In this document: positions 24,570 through 35,526 of the stretch, piece by piece
Layout: every line of letters starts with the position of its first letter
Numbering within the stretch: the first letter of the stretch is position 1
Notes under the pieces: generated by a model
What the model saw: only the letters and a program-made list of their open reading frames with translations
Databases searched by the model: none
Told to the model about the DNA's origin: nothing
Translations under genes and position numbers: made by a program
Assembly (NCBI GenBank): GCA_001600815.1
Contig: BCKZ01000015.1
Coordinates: 310,001 to 374,000 of the forward strand
From: Alloascoidea hylecoeti
Taxonomy: Eukaryota
Direction of reading: 5' to 3'
DNA: 64,000 bases

Positions 24570-25124
24570 ATGCAAAGGTACCAACCCTACGTGAAACGTA
24601 CAGCCGTCCCTACAACCCCTGCTGTCCCCACGGACCCCAAGACAGACGAGGAGTACCGTTTGGCCATCGCAACACAACAGAGTGCCTACTCTTCCGCAAA
24701 CACCCAAGCACATGCTCCCAGCAATCCAAAATTAACCGTGAAACGGCAAGGAGGAGGGAAGACCTGGGATGATCCTTCCCTATTAGAATGGGACCCTTCT
24801 CACTTCCGTCTGTTTGTTGGTAATCTTGGTGCTGATGTAACTGATGACACTCTGATAAATGCTTTTAAAATATATCCTTCTTTTGTAAAAGCAAGAGTTA
24901 TCATCGATAAAAAAACTGCTGCCAACAAAGGTTACGGCTTTGTTTCTTTTAAAAATCCTGACGATTATTTTAAAGCTTTCAAAGAAAAAAATAATAAATA
25001 TATAGGTTCCCATCCTATACAATTAAAAAGAGCAAATACTGATATTAAACCTTCAAATATTTCAAAAAAGAATAAAAAAAATAATAATCATAAAAATTCT
25101 TATAAGAAAAGAGCTCCCAGATAA
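24570..25124 (+). CDS. RRM protein, RBM42-like
   Basis: GGGKTWDDPSLLEWDPSHFRLFVGNLG..KGYGFVSF..KYIGSHPIQLK. First ATG at 24570. Confidence 0.9.
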   Translation: MQRYQPYVKRTAVPTTPAVPTDPKTDEEYRLAIATQQSAYSSANTQAHAPSNPKLTVKRQGGGKTWDDPSLLEWDPSHFRLFVGNLGADVTDDTLINAFKIYPSFVKARVIIDKKTAANKGYGFVSFKNPDDYFKAFKEKNNKYIGSHPIQLKRANTDIKPSNISKKNKKNNNHKNSYKKRAPR

Positions 25125-25628
25125 TTATTTATTCATTTTTATTTCAATTATTACAAGTGTAATATACTTCATGCATTCAACCATTGTATCTTAACTAAAT
25201 AGCTAACTAATATTATTAGAAATTCATTTTACTCCTACTACTAAATTTATTTGTAAACAATATTGTAGGATGTTGTATTCTGAATACAACTTTTTCCAAA
25301 ATTTTGACAATCAATTGAGTGTATTTTCCTGAATTTGCAAATGGAATCATAATCAAGTTTGACCATTGAGGCGTCTTGTTTATATAATTATTCTCCTAAA
25401 ACTATGATGAAGCTCTAAAATACATCAGCTGAAGAGTAACCACTTGAAGTATAAATTGATTGATAATTTGCCATAAAGTTCAAGTAGTGAATTGTAAGGA
25501 TTCTCTACTTCACTTTGAACCATTTTAAAAGTGGCATCCTAACCGTATGATTGTATGACTCGGTAATATATTCAGATATATATTTAATACCCTTCCGATA
25601 TAATTGAAGAAGTTAGTGACAAATCCCA

Positions 25629-26095
25629 CCAACTACCGACCTCAAAAATTATTTCATTAAAATATACCAGAAGACAAGCGCTGAAGCAATAACCCCTAAA
25701 TATATTTATTTGGGCTTTTGAACAACAAGAATTCATCCTTTAAATCCTCAAAGGATATCAACAGAGTTAGAAGAGGTTTTGGTAGGCGAAAAAGAGGTAG
25801 AAGTAACTAAAAAAATTGAGAAAAAATTCATGGATTTACCTGAACAATGTAATTACACAGAGTTTAGAAAAAAAGCTTAGGAAGCGTGGTTGGAGGTTTT
25901 GAAACATAATGTTATGATATATGTGCAACGCAAGAGACTTTATCTCAAATTTCCACCACTGTATCCACGACTGTGCTTGAAGATCCTCTAAAACTATTCT
26001 AAGTGAATTCAGACTTCTAAGAAGGAAATACACCAGTGACACACAATTATCTGGAGATAACAAAGAGATACGTGAGTCGGAAGCTTGGAGATAGG
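25629..26095 (+). mobile_element. Degenerate pogo/Fot1-type transposase C-terminal relic
   Basis: FIKIYQKTSAEAITPKYIYLGF*TTRIHPLNP resembles the A.T..NI.S.F..TGI.P.NP block of pogo transposases. Inverted homolog at 33430-33905. Confidence 0.65.
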
Positions 26096-27497
26096 CTCAA
26101 TATGTTAAATCATAGAAGAATGGTCACACCACAACAAAAATATTAACAAAAAAATATCGTATATCAGAATTATGAGATCAGTTAGAGTTTAGTTTTGCAA
26201 TTAGCTATAGTGTTTTAAATGTAACAAATTTTAGTGACCGGAATCTATTTTTGCCGGTTAGCCATATATACGGTATGACGGTATAAATTATATCTACAAG
26301 TACATGTATACTGTATAGTACCTATCACCAAACTTTTGATAAAACGAATGAATTCGTTTATATAAGCATTATCAAGTTAAAAACTACTGTAATACCTCTA
26401 CCAGTTAAACTTCCAATCTACTACACGATACAACGTTTGCTATTCTATAAATCGTATCCTATTCTAACCCATGACAGCCATTCCTAATGCACTAGCTACT
26501 ATCCTTTCTCATAGCATAAATAGCACGTTTGGGACCTAATGTCTTCATTTTTTACAGAACAGTTTGCAATTTCACTGGAAGTAATCCATCGAATGCCATC
26601 ATATACGCCAGTAAATGCTCATTTATAGCCCACTCCTGGCCACGGGCATAGGCTCAACTCTCTTCCCTACCGAACAGCTTCAACTAAATGCATCCATATT
26701 CAGAATTTGCGTCTGTCACCAATTCACTATATATTTATCCTTTGAGAACATAACTTCACTTTAGGGGTAAGTCCCTTTTAGTAATTGCTTTTCCTTGCTT
26801 TCTTTCTTAGCTTAAGTTCTTGGGTTTTAGTTTTATAATATTATTAGTTGCTATTCTTGATATCGCTTTAATATTACCAGTCAGTATACTGTATATGTTT
26901 CAACACATTTAATATAACTTTCACCGTGCTTTTATAATTCCTTTTACAGTTGAAATATGTTATTTATACCGGTACAAGACGTCAAAGCTTCAATCAAAGC
27001 TTATGCATACACGTAGCATGCATCTGTGCATAAGTTCATCACTTTCTTTCCTTACATGTAATGGGGTTTTTAATAGCGCTATATGATACTATTCTCACTC
27101 TCACACTTCTTGTTTTTTTATGGACATAGTCCTATCATCTCAAACATGCTTACGACCATTCATACTTGTATAAGATTAATGTAAGTAACGTATAGCTCTA
27201 GATCCGGGGCTTCCCTTATACAGTTAGTTTATATAGGCCTCCCTTGATAAATATTAATCTTGCTTCTTCCACACAAAAATAGTCTGGAATTTAACCAAAA
27301 GACTTAATCAAAACCATACATTTCATATAAGAACAGCAAACCAGTTACTACATATAAACTAATCATACAGTGAATATAAGGTAAACTCTTTGCTCATATT
27401 GTTTTCTGTCACATTGTCACATTAATTATGTATCCTATACAATAGTATACATATGCGACTTCTTTACACAATTGGAGATCTCATAGAATAAACATCA

Positions 27498-28439
27498 TTA
27501 ATGAAATATATCAATATAGGGTATACTTATTATAATTATAGCTACAAATATAGCTAAATAACAGAGTTTGTAAAAAATACGATGTCTTTCACATCTTTCT
27601 GCACTAATCCTTTCACTAGGGTCATAAGCTAATAGGTTGTCGAATAAATTGATGCTATCTTCATCCAACATTGGAACAATAGTCTTCAAATCTTTCTTCT
27701 TCAATTTAGGAAAGTAGTTTCTCTGAAACCATCTAAAGCAGTAATACTGGGCCAGATTTCTTCAGTGAGTGTTCCCCTTACTCTAAAAATTCGAAATATT
27801 TCTTCAAATACAGACAGACCTTCTGGCGAACAAAACTTCCCTGTTGACCATTTCTGCAAATAATAATTACTTACTGACCACATATCAACACCTGTGTCGT
27901 ATTGCCTTCCTCCACATAACAATTCGGGAACCCTGTACCATAATGTAACAACCTCATATGTAGATGGACCCCAATTGCCCGTGCGAGTCCAAAATCCCCA
28001 AGCTTCAAGTTTCCTTCTTTATCCATTAACAAATTCTGAGGCTTTAAATCACGGTGCATGATACTAAGTGAGTGTGGGCAATACAACGTCCCTTGCAAAA
28101 TCTGGATCATAAACTTCTTATTGATATCTGCTCCCCAAGGAACGTGTGGTACCGTCTCCATGTACTTTTTCAGGTCGATACCAACAAATTCAAAAACAAG
28201 TGTCATCTTTGAAGTTTCGGAAACGATAACATCGTATAACATGATGATGTATTCGTTCTTAATCTCGCAAAGTGTAGAGATATCTTATTGTGGAAGGACC
28301 CTTCATCTTCGTCATCAAATCTGATCTGCTTGAGCGCAACTAGCCTGTTATTATCCCTACGATTGTTGGCTTTATAGACAACTCCATAAGTACCTTCTCC
28401 GGCTCTTTCCAATTTGTGAAAATCTGAGAGTTTTGCCAT
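27498..28439 (-). pseudogene. CDC28: CDC28/CDK1 paralog pseudogene with at least 3 frameshifts
   Basis: GEGTYGVVYKA..VALKQIR, then a PSTAIRE region broken by small indels. [42 protein letters not shown] and YDPSERISA are spread over several frame segments. Confidence 0.88.
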
Positions 28440-28995
28440 TTTTACTATTATATTAATATTTCAATTGATATTAAGTTAGCATTGATATGTAGTATAGGCA
28501 TATATGATAAAAATAAGTGTTCCCAACCAATGGATATAATTAATTCCAACTCCTCAATTCACAATTGCAATTGATATAATATTTTGTTCATTAAGTAACC
28601 TTGATTTTAACTTTATTATATGGATGAAAATAGTTAGTTGTGAAAGATGAAATACTATTGAACTTTTGATCAGAGTTGGTACATGCATTTAAACCTAGGC
28701 TTATAACAAAGCAAAGATTTAGACTATAATCAAAACCAAGACGTAATTTTTAGCAGGTGCAATATACCAATAACTAGATATAAAATTGTATTTAAATATG
28801 TATAGATTAACATCTGTAGATATATGCTATGGTTTATTAATATTCGAATAACATAATTAGACACATGAACCTGCATGCATGTGGTATAACTATGCAATAA
28901 TATTTAAAGAAATATATATAATAAACAAACTTTACATTTCTAGTTAAGTTTTTTATTCTCCTTCAAGTGGAACTATCAAAAAGCTAGTACAAAAT

Positions 28996-30450
28996 ACACG
29001 AATGTTTGAAGAATTCTCCTTTAGATTTAATTTGGGAGCCATGTATGTATATGTAGCTATTATAGATAAGTTTTATTCCATATCTTGAGCCCGAGACTAC
29101 TACTTCAATATTCATTAATATTCAATTGTGAATTTCACATAGTATATTTATTCGAAGTTTAAACACAATCGCGACCAATACGTATCCAACTGACAGCTAT
29201 GGATGGTATTGGTAGAGGTAGCTATGGAGCATATCTAGTAACTTAGCTTATCCTATCCGTTTAAGGTATAATTGACATAATTAAATTAAATTAATACATC
29301 TATATAAATATCCAATTACATATCTATATTATACATACTAAGGTATTAATATTACAATTAGTTATAAGTTAATATATAAGGTAGTTCACATTGATTCCGT
29401 GATCCACACATGGTCGACGTCCGTGAAGACCAATTGAATCCGTAAACCCCGCGTATTTTTCCTCCTCTCCACAACCCCTGAAGATGGGAATAAACAAAAA
29501 CTTACGACCTCTTGATTCAAGGGGCAAGGAAGCCAGAATCGAAAAATGCCTTTTGCAATTGGCACGCACACTGAATGCTATCATTTCAAAAGTCGCCAGA
29601 GTTAACGGGGTGCCCCGCTCAACATTAGTAGATCGAATAAATGGTTCAACCTCTTCAGCGCCGTCAACTCAAAAATTCCAAAATACTTACAGAATTAGAG
29701 GAGAATCGGCTTACAGATGGTCTAATTTATTGTGCGCGAATGGGAATTGGGAAGGATATGTCATCCTGTTTTGATATGGTAGATGAGATAATTGACTGGA
29801 AGTATGAATTTCACATGTGAATTGATGATTTTATCAAATAAAAAACTTAATATTTTATTGGAAAAGGAACGACGACAATTTTTTACCGGTAGTTAGATAC
29901 CTTGAGCTCGATATTTGGGGAATTTTCTTATGTATTGTTGATACTATTATATATAACTAAAAGATCACAATAATTAATTTCGAAATATCTTTTTATTCGT
30001 CAGCTACAGTTAATATTTTAGCAGGCTATATATGTATATAATACCAACAGATGTGAACACAATATGGGTACGGATAAATTCCAATTGAATGCTATAGAAA
30101 AATTTTACGGTTACAGTTTGACCCAACACGATTGATAAATGAATATATATATATATATATATATATATCAATATTTAAAAAAGAGGGGTGCCCAAATTTC
30201 ATTGCACACTTATCATCGAACCTTTCTCATGTCCAATTCACACAATTATAACTAATCATACAGATTCTTAAATACAATTGGAATGAATTTGTGAAATGTG
30301 ATTATGCCATATAATTTTGAAGGTGAAATTTTAGGATTTCCATTCAGGTCGCGTCATATATTTCCTAATACGGCTAATGACTGGTAAATAATTCCATTCT
30401 TTTCCAACAGCATTGCTTCTAAGAATTCGATCTTATTATATACTTCTGAT
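28996..30450 (+). repeat. Left arm of a long degenerate inverted repeat
   Basis: Reverse complement aligns collinearly with 31760-33192, e.g. GAATTCTCCTTTAGATTTAATTTGG vs CCAAATTAAATCTAAAGGAGAATTC, and GTGCCCAAATTTCATTGCACACT vs AGTGCGCAATGAAATTTGGACAC. Block ~29340-29800 does not match. Confidence 0.88.
29484..29805 (+). mobile_element. pogo/Fot1 (CENP-B-like) transposase N-terminal relic: psq-type HTH plus start of second HTH, frameshifted
   Basis: VARVNGVPRSTLVDRING, then after a frameshift KILTELEENRLTDGLIYCARMG..MVDEII. Confidence 0.75.
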
Positions 30451-31759
30451 AGTATATGATTACATTTTTGATAGCATTAATGTGACCAGATTGTTGTTAG
30501 GAGTATTATAAGATGTGTTATATCTCTGAAAGAATTGCAGAATTAATTCACATCAAATCCTTATAATTAATATCAACCATGATTAGTAGCAGCATAAAAA
30601 GAATATCTGTTGTTGTTATATCTTTTTTCTTTTTTAGCTCAAATTCACTATTGGAGATAACACACAGAGTTTAATTAATATGGCACAACCATTACACTTC
30701 GGCCACTTGGAGGACTAAATATTCAGTAACAACAAGCACTAATATTCAGCCATTATGCTTAATAATTATTGGCTATGTGATAAACAATATTCGCTTATTT
30801 TCAAATTAATTTTCGGTCATTATGATGAATAAATATAGGCCATATACAGTTTTTTCACTTAATTTCAGACACTTGGAGGACTAATTATACGGACATCACT
30901 AAATCAGCGCTGTAGCATATTCACCATCCGTCACCTACTATATGAGGAACCCAGTTTATACTACTCTCTTGAGTTGGTCTTCTAATATTGATATTAAATT
31001 CGTCAATGATTTTGTGCCGGCGCCTAATGATAAAACAAGTTTGAGATTAATAATTAGGATATTTATTATTATTATTAGAAGATTTTTCAAGTTTTGTCTG
31101 TTTGGAAAATGATAATTGAAGATTTAACTTATGATATAGGTGAAATGTATATGTAAAATCTTCTGAGGATCAAAAGGTCATCACCACGGTAAACCAATTC
31201 TAATTTCAAAAACCTACTTTTTCTCTTTGATCGATACTTTGTAAAATCATATTTCGTTAATTTAAAGCTAAAGTCAGAGCAAGCCTAATTGAGCATTGAC
31301 ATTTAATATACAAGTATAATTATATCACTTCCAAATGATAGTGTAGCAAAAGGTTAAATATATCAAATGGGGTTTGAAATTTGAAATTATTAAAAGTTCA
31401 AATGCTAATAATATAAAGGTTAATATATAAAACAAAATATAAAGTAGAAATTAACTAATTTGTATCTGAAATTATATGTAATTGTTAACGCATTTTTAAA
31501 CATAAAACAGATAATTTTATATGACATATTTCATCTACCTTTTTGGTTAAGACCTTCGTTTACATTTTTTACATTTTCTGTATAATTGTTAAGAAAAGTA
31601 AATCAGTTTAAAGAGGAAGAAAAAAGAGAACCATACCAAGCCAATATTAATGGATGTAGCTAGAAACTTATTACTTTAATAATATAATCATATTATATTG
31701 AATATTGATATATTGCAACAATGCCATTGTTTATATAACATCATAGTTCAATTTACCAT

Positions 31760-33192
31760 TTCAGAAATATATAATAAGCTCAAGATTGAATTTTAAGAAG
31801 CAATATGATTGGAAAATAGTTGGAATTATTTACAATTAATATGCCATATTAAGAAATATTCATTATTATACAAATGATCATAAGATCTTATATTTGGAAT
31901 CTCTAAATCTTCGCCTTTAAATTTATATATGGCATGAAAATCAAAATACACAAATTCATGCCAATTTTATTTAAGAATCTAGATGATTGGTTATAATTGG
32001 GAAAATTGGATACTAGTATCATGGGGAAGGCTTGATAATAAGTGCGCAATGAAATTTGGACACTAGTACCCCTTTTTTAAAATTATATTTCTGTTTTTAT
32101 CGTTATTGGGTCAAACTGTAACTATAACTTTTTCTAGTATTCAATTGGACGTTATACCTCCATTTTGTGTTCATATATCTGTTAGTATTCTGGACGGTAC
32201 TGCCAAAGCCGACGAATAAACAGATATTACGAAATTAATTATTGCGATTGTTTAATTAAATGAAAATTTCTCAGCCTTGTTTATTACAGTTTCAAACATT
32301 GAGCTCAAGGTATTCCTAACGACGATTATTACATAAAAAATGATCGTCGCGCCTCTTCAGGTAAAATATTAAGTTTTTTATTTGATATATAAAATCATCA
32401 ATTCAGATTTGAAATTTAATATCTCTTTTGCTCATTATTAACATATGTAGATATCTCAGAATATTTCAATTGCTACTATTTCATTTCTCTAACGATATCA
32501 ACGAAGAGGAGTAAGACAGACCCTATATATTAAGTTGTAATTGCTAAACTTAACTGTAAATCTAATTTTTATGATTTTAAAGTTTTCAAATTGGAGAGCT
32601 ATAGCATTGTACACAATAGAACAAATATAGCTAATTGTTTATATCGATTAAAAGCCGCGAAAATTGATAATGTTTAAGATATACTATGCTCCATCATCTT
32701 ATTTAAGTTATGTAATCATAAACGAAAAAAAAAAGTTATGACTATAGATTAAATACAAATCTACTGATATATACAACTTAATTATAGTTATTATCGTTTC
32801 ATGACAATCAAGTCAAATAATTTCCAATAGTTCTAGTAGCTATAGATAGGTCTAGAAATATATTAGCGATCTAAATATGTAAGTGGATATTACTATGAAT
32901 TAATTACTAAAATTGTATAGGTATTCGTAATTTGTACCTTGAATTGATAGGATAAGACAAAATTACCATTCTATTTCTACAAATACCATCTATAGTTATC
33001 AGTTGGATATGGATTGTTCGCGATTGTGTTTAAGTTTCGAATAAAGATACTATGTGAATTTTCAATTGAATATTAATGAATATTGAAGAAGCGGAAGTCC
33101 CGATTTCATGGAATAAAGCTTATTTATATATATACCATATTATGCGTGTCCTCCAAATTAAATCTAAAGGAGAATTCGTCAAACATTCGTTT
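31760..33192 (-). repeat. Right arm of the long degenerate inverted repeat
   Basis: See left arm; block ~32420-32860 has no counterpart there. Confidence 0.88.
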
Positions 33193-33429
33193 ACTGTATG
33201 TTATAATATCATTAGATTTATACTAGTCAGGAAACGTTACCGGAATGCTTAAAATTGTTACATCTCAACCACGAATTACAAAACCGGCAACAAATATAAA
33301 TTATTGAATATAGTATTAGTAAACTCTACCTATTCTTATAATTCTGATGATATACCGTATATGCGATATTTTTTTGTGAATCTTTTTGTTGTGGTATGAG
33401 CATTCTTCTGCGACTTAGCGTAACGCTCA

Positions 33430-33970
33430 CTAGTTCCAAGCTTCTGACACACGTATCTCTTTGTCATATCTAAATAATTGTATGTAATTAATATCTTTTC
33501 TCTCTCAGAAGTCTGAATTCACTTCGAGCATTATGGTAGAAATTTGAGATAACAAAGTATCCTGCATCCCCTTATTTGTCCAAATACATAAATCATCATC
33601 AGTTATCTCATGTTTTCAATTTTCTAGCCGCACTTCTTGAGCTTCTTTCACAAACTCGGTTGATTTACATCTTTCAGATAAATCCTCATATAAGATCAAT
33701 TTTTCCTCAATTTTTTTTTTGGTAACTTCTACCTCCTTCTCGCCTACCCAATTTTGTCGGAACTTGATTATATCCTCTAGGGATTAAAAAGATATATTTC
33801 CGTTGTTACACAACGCGATTTAATATTTTTAGGGGTTACAGCTTTAGTGCCTGCCTTCTGGTATATTTCAATGAAATTTCCTTTTTTTGAGGCCAGTGGT
33901 TGGAGGAAGTCGTTACCTAGCTTTTCGTCGTAGAAGAACTCAGACCCCCAGTCTCCAACAAGATTCACAT
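33430..33970 (-). mobile_element. Degenerate pogo/Fot1-type transposase C-terminal relic (inverted homolog of 25629-26095)
   Basis: FLQPLAS..FIEIYQKAGTKAVTPKNIKS..TTEIYLFNP. Shares GGTAGGCGA.AA.GAGGTAGAAGT, AAGTGAATTCAGACTTCT and ACAAAGAGATACGTG.GTC.GAAGCTTGGA with the 25.6-26.1 kb copy. Confidence 0.72.
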
Positions 33971-34346
33971 TATCGTATACCAGTATGCCATCAGAATTAT
34001 GAGATTAAGTAAAGTTCAGTTCAGTAGTACTACATTCGATAATTTATATTTGTCAGTGATTTTCAATTTGTGGTTGAGATGTAACAATTTTGAGCATCCC
34101 AGGAGCCTTTCCCAACGGTACAAGTTATAAATTACGGCCTTAAAGTTGCTAGACGTTTTTGGATGCTACTACTCGATCCAAAAAAAACCAAAAAAGTCAA
34201 TGTTATATAGCCAGCCGCTGAATACTCCATAGTATCCATAATATTTAATGTATTCATGGAAGGACTGTTCTTAAAACAATGCATAATGTCCCGTGGATAA
34301 TAGAGAATATATTAGTGTGCATGAACTGAAATGTTAAATCTGGTAT

Positions 34347-34780
34347 TTAGTTTGGTGGTCCCTTAACACTATAAACGTCGGCCACTCTACGAAGCATGGA
34401 GTTATTCAGATACTCAACGATATAATTATCCATGGGTGACATTGGGGTCCCAATATTTTGAAAGAGACTCAAAAAATGGATCTTTCCTTCATTTCTACAC
34501 CATGTGAAAGTGCTCACAATTGCAACTCCTACATTCTGATGCATGTTTTTGAAGAGATTCTAAATGCGCCCATATGGATTCGCGTCCGGTGAATAAGGCT
34601 GATACCCCAATACCTCTATCTTCTTTTCACGAAAGCAATTCATCGTGGTTTCAGCTTGACGAAAATGTGAGTTATCCTGCATTAAAATAAGACCCTCGGG
34701 AATCTCATCAAAGGCCGCTTTCCAGGAGTTTCATGTAGGAAGGTCCGGTAGTTATAGCTCCTGTTAATGATATAATGAAA
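34347..34780 (-). mobile_element. Degenerate Tc1-type (DD34E) transposase C-terminal fragment
   Basis: GLILMQDNSHFRQAETTMNCFREKKIEVLGYQPYSPDANPYGRI*NL..NSMLRRVADVYSVKG. There are 34 residues between the QDN Asp and the expected Glu, which now reads GGG (Gly); the following Trp position is TAG. Confidence 0.85.
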
Positions 34781-35526
34781 TAATTTAATTAACTAATATT
34801 CAGTTATAAGTCTGACTTAAAATTATAACAGAGTCAAAACAGACATTTACAGTTTGATAGCCAATTTCCATTATGAAATAGACACCTGAGATTTAAGTTG
34901 ACAGCAAAGTAGTTTATTTTTTTGTTAGACTTAAACTAATGCAAACATTATGTTTATCTCACAGCTAATAACTATTAATTTATATAAGCTAGTATCGTCT
35001 TCAGAAAATATATAGATATATCCACCATAGGTTATTAATTGCACAGGGGAATATTATAGTAAAAAAATAGTGGGGATATTTCCCCAAGCTTAACCAACAG
35101 GTACATACACTAACTATACTAAGATTAAGATTTGATCATCAGCAAATATGCGGCTTTATGTAAGGGATTGGGCCTGGAGTGGAAGTTACACAGCTTCCCA
35201 CTGACGGATAAGTGGTCAAAATCCTCATTCAAGTTCGGTAACCGCGACGACTTGGGTGAACGCGAAGAATCTAATATGAATAAACAGCCCAAACAAGTAA
35301 TTTCGGATCTATGCATAGTAGCTTAAAATCTTTACCTATTTTGACTGAACACCAAAAAGGAAACTACCTAGTCTGTGAAATATAAGATGTATATCCAACT
35401 ATTAAAGAGATCCAGATCTGTTCCAAAATACCTCTTTAACTTTCAGAATTATCTGTCTTTCCTATTCCTTCTTTCCTTCGGGGTTATTACACAATATAAA
35501 CACTTTTCTAGTTAGCAATCTTCTAA

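Noticed and set aside
23677..24713. Many overlapping short ORFs
   Set aside because: Explained by low stop-codon density in the GC island over SYT1 and the RBM42-like gene.
26540..26780. Coding-like minus-strand fragment (LFG..ARGQEWAINEHLL) vaguely like a P450 heme region
   Set aside because: Lacks the essential Cys, has several stops, and cannot be assigned.
30143..30167. (TA)n microsatellites here and at ~8245, ~37445, ~58770 and ~61537
   Set aside because: Ordinary slippage repeats in an AT-rich genome.
28996..33192. Mating-type flip/flop invertible segment
   Set aside because: No MAT, HMG or homeodomain ORFs in or near the repeats, and the arms look too diverged for efficient inversion.
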